From contig DATKKM010000062.1 in the NCBI GenBank assembly GCA_035542855.1, positions 1-61,873 on the forward strand: 61,873 nt of DNA. The letters are read 5' to 3'. The position numbers were made by a program, and so were the translations under genes. The notes beneath the pieces were generated by a model. It was not told where the DNA came from, made no database searches, and saw only the letters and a list, made by a program, of their open reading frames with translations. Each line of letters starts with the position of its first letter. The first letter of the stretch is position 1. Source of the DNA: Dehalococcoidia bacterium. Its GTDB lineage: Bacteria; Chloroflexota; Dehalococcoidia; SM23-28-2; RBG-16-64-32. This document shows, piece after piece, positions 52,199 through 60,247 of this stretch.

Positions 52199-52481
52199 CG
52201 TTCGTCCTGTTGGGCTTGATGAGACCCTTGGCCCGGAGCGACTCAAGGAAGAACTCGACATCCTCTCTGACGTCTGAGCCGTTGATCTCGAAGTTCTCCC
52301 TCACGCTCTCGCAGATGCTGGGCAAGGAAGAGCCTGCCTCCAGCATGCCCCAGATGTGCGTGCCGACGTTGTTCAGCCCGTAGTACTCGCCTGTCTCCAG
52401 GTCAAGCATCACGGCCTCGCCATCGACGATCCTGTGAAGAACGCCGGGCTTAACCTCGAACTGTGAGGCTGATGCCTCCAT
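52185..52481 (-). CDS. PqqD-family RiPP recognition element (lasso B1)
   Basis: IVDGEAVMLDLETGEYYGLNNVGTHIWGML...EDVEFFLESLRAKGLI. ATG 52481 has AGGAAGGA upstream. Confidence 0.85.
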   Translation of the reverse strand: MEASASQFEVKPGVLHRIVDGEAVMLDLETGEYYGLNNVGTHIWGMLEAGSSLPSICESVRENFEINGSDVREDVEFFLESLRAKGLIKPNRTNGGAH

Positions 52482-52543
52482 TGTCCGTGTTCCTTCCTGC
52501 CCTGTATGCACGGCCTCCCATCCGAATCCGGACAGGAGCGCCA

Positions 52544-52604
52544 GGTTGACCGACTGTCTCCAATCTATTTGGGACTGGTAGAGTCAGTGTTGAGCAGCAG
52601 TTGG
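52544..52604 (-). promoter_or_regulatory. TCAACCTG plus a distal CCAACT/TCAACA pair upstream of the lasso operon
   Basis: Sense strand ggTCAACCTGgcg at -68 from ATG 52481. Sense strand CCAACTgctgcTCAACA (11-bp period) at 52588-52604. Confidence 0.35.
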
Positions 52605-52780
52605 GAAGTGGAGCGAAACTTTACCGGCGTTACAAGCGACCACCAGGCGCCGTTCTTAATAGTTACCGCATCGATACGGGCCTATCGAGCGGTCAATGAC
52701 CGGGACGTAGGCTCACCGTAATACGGCCGTCCAGGCGCACTCGTGCGCCGGAGGGGCAGTGTCAGGCGTAGCGCGATGCG

Positions 52781-53803
52781 TTAGGAAGAGCAGCCGGAGG
52801 CGTCATCGACGGCGATCGTGAGCAGAAGGCTCAGCGCATCGCGCGGATCCACCCTGTGATCGCAGTTGAGGTCGCCCTTGATCGCATTGCCGGAGACGCT
52901 GCCGATGTTGCGGCACCCCGTCGCGGCCGGCACCCCGCCGACGTACTTCAGAAGCAGGCTGAGGTCGCCGGTGTTGACCTGGCCGTTGCAGTCCATATCG
53001 CCAAGCAAGTTGGCCGGGGCTGTCGGCGTTAGCGTGGGCGTTGGCGTCATCGTGCCCGTAGGCGTCGGCTGGAACGCCTCCGTTGGCGTCGGAGTCGGCG
53101 TGTTCGTCGGCCCCGGAGGCGGAGATGCCACCTGGGTGGGCGTTGGCGTTGCCGTCCCGCCGCCGCTGCAGTTCGCGTTCGCCGCCACCTGCGCGTTCAG
53201 CACGTTCGTGACGCTGATTATGTTGCCGGCGTCATCGGTCGCCGTGACTCCCGTAAGCGTGAGGTTGCTGACCCCGGTGCCCGCCTGGCCCTGCAGCGTG
53301 ACACGCGCAAGCACGCCGGGTCCGACTTCTGAGGCGCCCGACGGCTCGATGCCCTTGCCGAAGTCCAGGGCGCTCAGGCCCGCAGTGCCGTCGCTGGACG
53401 TCGTATCGCCGAAGGGGATCACTGTGCTGCCACTGGCCTGGGCCAGGAGCTGATTGTAGTCGACGGCGGTGACGTGCACCTTGCTGGCGTCGTAGTTGAG
53501 GACGAACTGAAAGCCGGAGAGACCACGGTCGGAAGCCACCTGGTCCTCGAAGATGTCGATCGCCAGAGTCTGCCCGTTGTTCACGCGGTTGCAGGTGTCC
53601 CTGGTCGTCGCCACGCCCACCTGCGTTCGCGCCGTGTTGCCGGACGTGTTCATGTCGATGCCGAGGTTGGTTATGGGGCTGGTGGGCGCCGCTGTGGCGT
53701 GCTGGCCGCCGCGGACGAAGAGAACCAGCGCGATCAGGCCAAGGGCGACGATTGCGAGGTTGATTCCGGCCTGGGCGACTCGGCGGGGCGGGATTCTGAT
53801 CAT
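52781..53803 (-). CDS. Membrane-anchored cohesin-like + (TP)n linker + type-I-like dockerin protein
   Basis: AAGAGGTG + 6 nt + ATG 53803. Signal-anchor INLAIVALGLIALVLFV. Cohesin-like block [18 protein letters not shown]...GVLARVTLQG...LTLTGVTATDDAGN. Dockerin loops DMDCNGQVNTGD and DLNCDHRVDPRD. Confidence 0.65.
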   Translation of the reverse strand: MIRIPPRRVAQAGINLAIVALGLIALVLFVRGGQHATAAPTSPITNLGIDMNTSGNTARTQVGVATTRDTCNRVNNGQTLAIDIFEDQVASDRGLSGFQFVLNYDASKVHVTAVDYNQLLAQASGSTVIPFGDTTSSDGTAGLSALDFGKGIEPSGASEVGPGVLARVTLQGQAGTGVSNLTLTGVTATDDAGNIISVTNVLNAQVAANANCSGGGTATPTPTQVASPPPGPTNTPTPTPTEAFQPTPTGTMTPTPTLTPTAPANLLGDMDCNGQVNTGDLSLLLKYVGGVPAATGCRNIGSVSGNAIKGDLNCDHRVDPRDALSLLLTIAVDDASGCSS

Positions 53804-53993
53804 GAGTAACACCTCTTGAGCATGGGGCGCGTGCTTGCGCGGTGCTTACACAAACTAGACGTTGAACCGTGGGAGGCGTTACAAGATGCGCTACCCGGCG
53901 CTCCTGAGAAGCGCATCTGAACCGGACTAGTCACAGCCGGTTGCACCGCCAACCCCACGACTCTTGCGCATTAAAGAGTGTTCGGCGGTCCCT

Positions 53994-54042
53994 GGAGGCG
54001 GGACCCCAGAATTGCATTATGTATATTCTAGGGTCCGCCTCC
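53994..54042 (-). terminator. Long hairpin between the two cohesin paralogs (12-bp stem, 1 bulge, ~23-nt AT-rich loop)
   Basis: GGAGGCGGGACCC...GGGTCCGCCTCC, downstream of the 54128 stop. It could be a terminator or a leader structure. Confidence 0.4.
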
Positions 54043-54127
54043 GTACCGTGCTAGACGTAACTGCTACAAAGGAGCTTCAACTCTTTCGCATTCCCACGTC
54101 TGCCGGCGCGTTATCCACATTTTGCGC

Positions 54128-55225
54128 CTAACCGCCAAGCTTCAGGAGGTTCGAGATGGAAGGCGCCTTTGGCGTCGCGTGGGCGCTGGTCAGCTTGCAC
54201 CTGGGACTCCTGTGACCGATTGCCCATAACCAGCCGCCCAGCCAGCCGCGGAACCTGCACGTCTGTGGGGAGACGATCGGCGTGGGCTTCGGCGTCGGCG
54301 TTGCGGTCGGGCGCGGCGTGGCGCCGCCGACTTGCCTCGGCGTGGGCGTGGGGGTAGGAGTCCTGGTTATGGCCGGCGTGGCCGTCGGCGTTGGCGTTGG
54401 CGTTGGCGTTGGCGTAGGACCGATCGTCGACGTCGGCGTGGGCGTCGGCGTCGAAGAGGCCGGAGCGATCGTCGCCGGTTTCGTCGGCGTTGGCGTTGGT
54501 GTCGCGGCCGCTGTGGCGGTAGGCGTTGGCGTCGGCGACGGCGTGCGCGTCGGCGTGGGTGATGGCGTGCGCGTCGGCGTCGGCGATGGCGTGGCCGTCC
54601 CGCTGCAGCTGCTGTTCAAGGCCACCTGCGCGTTCACGATGGTCTGCACCGGTATCACTTCGCCGGCATCGTCCGTGACGGCCGTGCCTGTCAGCTGCAG
54701 GGTGCTGATGCCGGTGGACCCCGTCGGCGTGAGCGTGATCCGGGCCAGCAGCCCCGGGCCGGTCTCGGACGCGCCCGAAGGCTCGATCCCTTTTCCGAAG
54801 TCGATCTCGCTGAGGGAGGCCGTGCCGTCGCTGGAGGACGTTTCGCCGAAGGGGACGACGTTGCTGCCGCCGGCCTGGGCCAGGAGCTGGTTGTAGTCGA
54901 CGGCGGTGACCCGGACCAGGTTGCTATCGTAGTTGAGGACGAACTGGAAGCCGGAGACGCCACGATCGGACGGCACCTGGTCGGCGAAGACGTCCACAGT
55001 GCCGGCCTGTCCGCTGCTCAGAGCGATGCAGGGGTCGGGGGTGGTCACGTCCGTGCGGGCGGTGTTGCCCGACGAATTGGCGTCGATGCCGACTACCGAG
55101 ATCTGGCTGGATGAGACTGCGGTCGCGCCCTGGCCTCTGATGAGCAGGCCCAGCGTTAGCAGGGCGGCGGCGACGAAGGCCAGGTTCAGGAACGTCCGCA
55201 AAGTTCGGGGCGACAGTCTATTCAC
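54128..55225 (-). CDS. Membrane-anchored cohesin-like protein with very long (TP)n linker and no dockerin
   Basis: GAGAGGTG + 6 nt + GTG 55225. Signal-anchor [17 protein letters not shown]. Cohesin-like block [18 protein letters not shown]...[10 protein letters not shown]. About 120 aa of T/P-rich linker. Short Trp/Cys-rich C-terminus. Confidence 0.6.
   Translation of the reverse strand: MNRLSPRTLRTFLNLAFVAAALLTLGLLIRGQGATAVSSSQISVVGIDANSSGNTARTDVTTPDPCIALSSGQAGTVDVFADQVPSDRGVSGFQFVLNYDSNLVRVTAVDYNQLLAQAGGSNVVPFGETSSSDGTASLSEIDFGKGIEPSGASETGPGLLARITLTPTGSTGISTLQLTGTAVTDDAGEVIPVQTIVNAQVALNSSCSGTATPSPTPTRTPSPTPTRTPSPTPTPTATAAATPTPTPTKPATIAPASSTPTPTPTSTIGPTPTPTPTPTPTATPAITRTPTPTPTPRQVGGATPRPTATPTPKPTPIVSPQTCRFRGWLGGWLWAIGHRSPRCKLTSAHATPKAPSISNLLKLGG
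54386..54412 (-). repeat. Hexanucleotide microsatellite (GGCGTT)x4 inside the (TP)n linker coding region
   Basis: gcgttggcgttggcgttggcgttggcg, embedded in ~330 bp of degenerate GGCGTN repeats (about 54290-54620). Confidence 0.7.
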
Positions 55226-55384
55226 GTGTGACACCTCTCTTGCATGGGGCGTGCGCCGAGGTGGGATGGTAAAGACTAGACGCGCAAGGCCGGGTCACGT
55301 TACATAACGCGAGAAGTTTACAGACGCCCGTACGCGAGCCGTGGTCACGCCGGGACGCTGCCGGAGCCTGATATCCAGCGGTCC

Positions 55385-55418
55385 CGCACAAACAAAGAAC
55401 GGCCCCGCAGGGCCGTTC
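55385..55418 (-). terminator. Rho-independent terminator after the tRNA pair
   Basis: 9-bp GC stem GAACGGCCC/GGGCCGTTC with a 4-nt loop, followed on the minus strand by TTTGTTTGTG. Confidence 0.75.
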
Positions 55419-55433
55419 TCATCGATTGCGAGA

Positions 55434-55507
<74 letters not shown>

Positions 55508-55517
55508 GCCGGCGGCT

Positions 55518-55604
55518 TGGTGCCGAGGAGGGGATTTGAACCCCTACGCCCTTACGGGCACCGCCCCCTCAAGACGGCGTGTCTACCTATTCCACCACCT
55601 CGGC
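55518..55604 (-). tRNA. tRNA-Leu (GAG), class II with long variable arm
   Basis: GCCGAGGTGGTGGAATAGGTAGACACGCCGTCTTGAGGGGGCGGTGCCCGTAAGGGCGTAGGGGTTCAAATCCCCTCCTCGGCACCA. Anticodon loop TTGAGGG, A73, CCA encoded. Confidence 0.9.
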
Positions 55605-55658
55605 AGTACGCACTATCTTACCGATTCGGCGGAATCCCCGGCAACAAACGCCGCGAAG

Positions 55659-56408
55659 TCAGGAGGCGGGCGGCTGGGTCGCGGAAGGTGGCGCTGTGAC
55701 GATGGGGTACGGCGCCTCGAAGTCTCCTTGCTGCGGCTGCTCGCTCTGCGTAGCCGTTAGCGTGTACGTCGAAACGGGGCTGGTCGAAGTCTCGGACAGG
55801 AGCAGCCCATCGTCCGTGAAGCAACCCGTGGCCTCGGTGGTTAGTTGGCCGAACGGGAGCGTCAGCGTGATGCACGTCGTGGACCGGCCGAGCACCTGCT
55901 GCTCCGGGGCCGCCGCAAGTGACAGCGTCTGGGCGAGGAGGTCGTCGATGCTCGTTGCCGTGGGCCTCTGCACCAGCGGCGCGCCCACGATCGCGGACTG
56001 CGCTTCGTCTGCCGGGACGATGGCGCAACTCGGGTTGACGTTGGGGTAGGCTGCGCACGCATACGCCGTCTCGGGGAGCACGAGGTACGCCGTCGTGGAG
56101 CCGGTCTTGACGATGTCTTCTCGCACACTGGGAGGCTGCTGGTAATAGACCAGCTGGCCGTCCTGGCTTTGGGATCCGATCACGCTGTGGAGGTTGTATG
56201 TAATCTTCGTCTCCGCCGCCGTCCATTTGCCGAGCAGCTCACGCAACTGCTGCTCCAGCGCCGGCTCCAGCGTCGGGCCAGTCCGCGAAGGGGTGGGAGA
56301 GCCTCCCTCGTCATCGCCGCCGCAGGCCGCCAGCGTCAGCGCCAGCAGCGCGGTCAATGCGCACAGCCAGGCGGTCATGTTGCCGCGCACGCCCATCAAC
56401 GAAGTCAT
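55659..56408 (-). CDS. Putative lipoprotein, unknown function
   Basis: Lipobox LTLAAC|GGDDEGG. The start is uncertain (56408, 56378 or 56444). Paralog of 56492-57271. Confidence 0.6.
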   Translation of the reverse strand: MTSLMGVRGNMTAWLCALTALLALTLAACGGDDEGGSPTPSRTGPTLEPALEQQLRELLGKWTAAETKITYNLHSVIGSQSQDGQLVYYQQPPSVREDIVKTGSTTAYLVLPETAYACAAYPNVNPSCAIVPADEAQSAIVGAPLVQRPTATSIDDLLAQTLSLAAAPEQQVLGRSTTCITLTLPFGQLTTEATGCFTDDGLLLSETSTSPVSTYTLTATQSEQPQQGDFEAPYPIVTAPPSATQPPAS

Positions 56409-56491
56409 AGCCTGAGTCGCGAGTATAGAGTGGGGGCCCGCCACGCGCCAGCGCGGGGCGGGCCCCCGTTTGTTCAGAGGTCCGGTGTGCC

Positions 56492-57271
56492 CTAGCCGGT
56501 GGGTATGGTGGTGGCCGGGTACGGTGGCTCGAAGTCGGAGTCGGAGACGTCGCTGCTGTAGTCCGTCGCCTCCATCTTGTAGGTGCCGTCAGAGCTCTCA
56601 GTCTGGGTCAGCAGAAGGACGCCGCTGTCGCTGAAGCAGAACCTGTCTGTTTCGCCGTTGTCAGTCCCGGAGAAGCAGGTCGCGTCCTGGCCGGCGATGT
56701 TGTCGCTGGACTTGTCGACTTCTATGCCGGACAGTTCAGCCGCCGAGACCAGGGCGTCAATGTAGGCCGGGCTGAAGACCGCCCCCAGGGAGCCCAGGCC
56801 GCTGCTGTCGGTGCCGGTGCCTGGCAGCTGGATGCACGTCTGCTCGGAGCTCGAGCACGAATACGTCCAGTCTGGCGTGGTGATGTAGATCGTGGTGTCT
56901 CCGTTCTCGTCCGTCGATTCGAACCGCGCGTTGGGCGGCTTCGAGTAGAACGTGACGTTGGTGACGGAGCCGTCGGTGTCGGTCTGCTGGTAGGTGACTT
57001 TGCCCGTGACCTGCTGGATGTCTTCGCCCAGCGACGAAAGTTCGTCGAGGACGTCGTCCGTAGAGGCCGGCTCTGTCGCCTCGCTTGTCTCGGTTGCTCC
57101 TCCGGTGTTCGAAGCGCCGCCCGCATGGGTTGCGGTGGGGGTGTTGCTTCCGCCGCTATCGTCGTCATCGCCGCCTCCGCACGCCGCGAAGGCGAGCAGT
57201 GCGACCAACGCTCCTAGGATCATCGCCAGCGGCAGCCAGCGTGGGTGGTTACGCATCCTATCTCCTCTCAT
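56492..57271 (-). CDS. Putative lipoprotein, unknown function
   Basis: Lipobox LLAFAAC|GGGDDDD. Shares layout and the C-terminal motif (DFE.PYP) with 55659-56408. Confidence 0.6.
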   Translation of the reverse strand: MRGDRMRNHPRWLPLAMILGALVALLAFAACGGGDDDDSGGSNTPTATHAGGASNTGGATETSEATEPASTDDVLDELSSLGEDIQQVTGKVTYQQTDTDGSVTNVTFYSKPPNARFESTDENGDTTIYITTPDWTYSCSSSEQTCIQLPGTGTDSSGLGSLGAVFSPAYIDALVSAAELSGIEVDKSSDNIAGQDATCFSGTDNGETDRFCFSDSGVLLLTQTESSDGTYKMEATDYSSDVSDSDFEPPYPATTIPTG

Positions 57272-57338
57272 GTCCCGCCGTCTGAGACGTTACTCAACAC
57301 GTTACGCGTGGGTCTGCGGAGTGTCCAGTGTGGAAATG

Positions 57339-57731
57339 TTAAGAACGGGCCAGCAGCTCCGGGTTCGTGACCCGTAGCTTGTCCCTCACCACCGCCCGCA
57401 CGTGGTCCGCCACACGCGCCGCGAAATCGCCGCCGTCTGCCTCGCCGCCTCGGATCTTCTCGCACAGCGCCTCGTTGCGCTCACGCAGCCGCGTGCGTAG
57501 CGCCGAGCGCTCCGCCGGGGCCGCCTCGGCGCCCAGCAGCCCGTCCAGCCCGGCCCACTCAGCGGCGAGTTGCTCGTCCTCCAGCTCCAGCTCCCTGCGG
57601 ATGATGCGGATGGCGTTCGCGGAGACGCGCGCGTGGAAACCGCGCGCTCCCGCCACGTTCGGCACGATCTCCGTATCCAGGAAGTGTTCGATAGCGGCGA
57701 GCAGTTCGTCGTAGGTGGGGCGATCCTGCAT
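57339..57731 (-). CDS. DUF6285-like small helical protein
   Basis: MQDRPTYDELLAAIEHFLDTEIVPNV...RVSANAIRIIRRELE. Typically paired with a phosphotransferase. Confidence 0.55.
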   Translation of the reverse strand: MQDRPTYDELLAAIEHFLDTEIVPNVAGARGFHARVSANAIRIIRRELELEDEQLAAEWAGLDGLLGAEAAPAERSALRTRLRERNEALCEKIRGGEADGGDFAARVADHVRAVVRDKLRVTNPELLARS

Positions 57732-57830
57732 GGCACACAGTGTAGCCGCAAATTGACCAGGTTGTGCGCAGATATGGAATCAAACGGTCGACTTCTGATT
57801 CAATCTCCGAATCATCCGCGAAGATCGCGG

Positions 57831-58847
57831 TCAATTGTCGATGAGTTGCAGCAGCTCCCATTCCGTCTCCGCCGTACGCCTGCCGATCGTCGCCAGCTCC
57901 ACAGACTTCGAGAGGCCGGAGAGGTAGGCGTTCGCCTGCATTATGCAAATGATCCCCCAGCGCAGGTTACCGAAGACCTCCCACCAGTGCACGGCGCGGG
58001 GGTCGATCTTGCGGCCGCCGGCGGCCTCGTACGCGGCGAAGAACGGCTCGCGCTGGCCGACGCCTGCCACCGGCCGGTCGTCGTTCCCGAAACGCCAGGA
58101 GCGCACGCAGAGAAACCCCATGTCCTCCAGCGGGTCGCCAACGTGCGCCAGCTCCCAGTCCAGCACGGAACGCACGCCTTCCGGCCCCACGATCAGGTTG
58201 CCCATGCGGTAGTCGCCGTGCACCAGCGCCGGCTCTGATGGCGGCGGCAGGTTGCGTTTCAGCCAGCGGAACGCCAGCTCGAAAGCCGGGTGCGGCTCCG
58301 GGGCGATGGCGCGATACGTCTGCTCAAAGCGCGAGAGCTCGGTTTCCGCGGGCGACAGCCCCGTCTCCGGCCGCGGCAGCAGAGCAAGCCCCGGCGCGTC
58401 GATCGGGATGCGGTGGATGGACGCCAGGATCGCGCCGAGCTGCGACGTCATCTTCTCGCGCGCGGGGGCGTACTCCTCGTCGCGCAGGATGCGGCGGGCT
58501 ATCGTCTCGCCCTCCACACGCTCCATCAGGAAGAACGGCACGCCCAGCGAATCGTCGCCCAACAGGTGCACGCGCGGCACCGGCACGCCCGCCATCGCGG
58601 CCGCCTCCAGCAGGCGGTACTCGGTCTCCCGGGACATCATGTTCGGCCCCTTGCGCGGGTCCGCGCGGGAGACCAGCGCCAGCGTCTCGCTGCGGCCGTC
58701 CGCGTGCTCGATCACGGCATCGAACGACCAGGTCTGCCGGGATGCGCCCCCTGTGAGCAGCCGCAGGTTGTCGATGCGGACGGAACGCGCGCCGTGCTCC
58801 CTTTGCAGGAAGGCGGCGAGCTTATCAGCGACTTCTTCCGGGGTCAC
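57831..58847 (-). CDS. Phosphotransferase-family (APH/choline-kinase-like) protein
   Basis: LVHGDYRMGNLIV (catalytic loop) and DWELAHVGDPLEDM. GTG 58847 overlaps the upstream stop (GTGA). Confidence 0.8.
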   Translation of the reverse strand: MTPEEVADKLAAFLQREHGARSVRIDNLRLLTGGASRQTWSFDAVIEHADGRSETLALVSRADPRKGPNMMSRETEYRLLEAAAMAGVPVPRVHLLGDDSLGVPFFLMERVEGETIARRILRDEEYAPAREKMTSQLGAILASIHRIPIDAPGLALLPRPETGLSPAETELSRFEQTYRAIAPEPHPAFELAFRWLKRNLPPPSEPALVHGDYRMGNLIVGPEGVRSVLDWELAHVGDPLEDMGFLCVRSWRFGNDDRPVAGVGQREPFFAAYEAAGGRKIDPRAVHWWEVFGNLRWGIICIMQANAYLSGLSKSVELATIGRRTAETEWELLQLIDN

Positions 58848-59824
58848 TGAACCTGGTCTAGGTACTCCGAGATGCCGAGGCCGGTGTGGCCCAGGCACTT
58901 GTACTCCGTCATCCCCTCGCCGATGTGCGTGACGTGGCCCTCGCGCCGGTTGCGCAGCGGGATGAAGCCGAGGACCCTGCCTTCCAGCGCTACGTGCTCG
59001 CCGCTCTCCAGCTCCAGGTCAGCCGTCATCGAACGGTGGAACGGCCGGTCCTCATCGAACTGGGAGTCGATGTTCAGGTGCACGATCCGCTCCAGCACGC
59101 CGTCGCGGATGACGACGCCGGCCTCGCTCCGGCTCTCGGGGTTCGGGCAGACCTCGGAAACCATGATGTTCAGAGCCGGCCCGAAGGAGCAGGTCAGCCA
59201 GCGGTAGGAGTAGATGTTCTGCCAGTAGCGCGGCCCCCAGGAGTGGTCGCGCAGGCCGAAGGCGTCGATGGCGTAAGTCTCGCCGTCAATGGCGAGGCTG
59301 CCGGTCACCTTCATGTGCTGCTCGTAGTGCGCCTTGGCGAACTCCTTCTCCGGGTCCACGGCCTGGCGGTCGGCGCCTGTCGAGCCGTACACCGGCCCCA
59401 CTGCCTCGTGCACCAGGTCGATGGCGATCTTCTTGTGCGGGTTCTCGCGGAAGGCCTGGCCCGGGTCGCTCATCTCTTCCGGCGTTGCCAGGTACACCGC
59501 TGAGCCTTCGTACGTGGTGCGGTGGCGGACCAGCGGCTCCAGCGTCTCGAAGCGCATGCCGCCGGCGTCGTAGGCGTCGTTCGTGGCGATCTCCGGGCGC
59601 TTGTAGTTGAAGAGCACCTGTCCGTCCGGCTCGTAGAGGCAGAGCGTGACCTCGGCGTACTTCTCGTTGGCGCGGTTGCCGATGCGCAGGAAACCGCCGC
59701 GCCGGAGACGCGTGTCGAAGAAGTTGAAGTACATCGACTCGTTGAAGTTCTTCTCCGGGCCGAGCGGGTGGGTGCTGTCGTCGCTGGCCGCGATGTCGCC
59801 GTAGACCTGGGCTCGAGTGACCAT
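58844..59824 (-). CDS. Hypothetical protein (conserved partner of the phosphotransferase), function unknown
   Basis: ATG 59824 follows AAAGGAGG plus a 6-nt spacer. No motif recognised (NFNESMYFNFFD...). Confidence 0.6.
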   Translation of the reverse strand: MVTRAQVYGDIAASDDSTHPLGPEKNFNESMYFNFFDTRLRRGGFLRIGNRANEKYAEVTLCLYEPDGQVLFNYKRPEIATNDAYDAGGMRFETLEPLVRHRTTYEGSAVYLATPEEMSDPGQAFRENPHKKIAIDLVHEAVGPVYGSTGADRQAVDPEKEFAKAHYEQHMKVTGSLAIDGETYAIDAFGLRDHSWGPRYWQNIYSYRWLTCSFGPALNIMVSEVCPNPESRSEAGVVIRDGVLERIVHLNIDSQFDEDRPFHRSMTADLELESGEHVALEGRVLGFIPLRNRREGHVTHIGEGMTEYKCLGHTGLGISEYLDQVQ

Positions 59825-60005
59825 GGTTCGCCTCCTTTGTGGCGGGGCGATTGTAGCACGGCGTCCGGCCCCCTCGACGGCGCGCGTCGTGAACCATCTC
59901 TTCCCGCCACCTGAACCGCTCGCGAACCCAATCGTAGCCCGCGCGAGGTCAATATACCGGGCGGAGGATCGCCCACCCCGACAGTGAGAAAGGTGGCCCG
60001 GCCCA

Positions 60006-60218
60006 ATGCTCGCTTTCCTGCCCCACGGCTCCGCAGGCGTCCGCGTCGACGAGCTCATGGCCTCCGCCCGCACACGCTACGAGCTCGAAGCGCTGGCAGT
60101 GCGGCGCTACGAGCAGACCGTCCTCGCCTATCGAGTCTACATACAGCTTCCGCCCCCGCCGGAGCAGGTGGCGGACGTGCGCGACCTTTCGATTCAGCCG
60201 CGCCGCTCGATCCGGTAG
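60006..60218 (+). CDS. Hypothetical 70-aa protein
   Basis: G/C occupies most third codon positions, as in the surrounding genes. No homology recognised. Confidence 0.35.
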   Translation: MLAFLPHGSAGVRVDELMASARTRYELEALAVRRYEQTVLAYRVYIQLPPPPEQVADVRDLSIQPRRSIR

Positions 60219-60247
60219 CTCACAGCGCCTGAGCTCGTGGCGTATTC

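Noticed and set aside
54128-54290. Possible frameshifted or lost dockerin at the C-terminus of the upstream cohesin paralog (pseudogene hypothesis).
   Set aside because: I translated all three minus-strand frames of 54061-54300. None contains a dockerin-like D-x-[DN]-x-[DN]-G loop, so there is no evidence of a recent frameshift. The protein simply lacks a dockerin.
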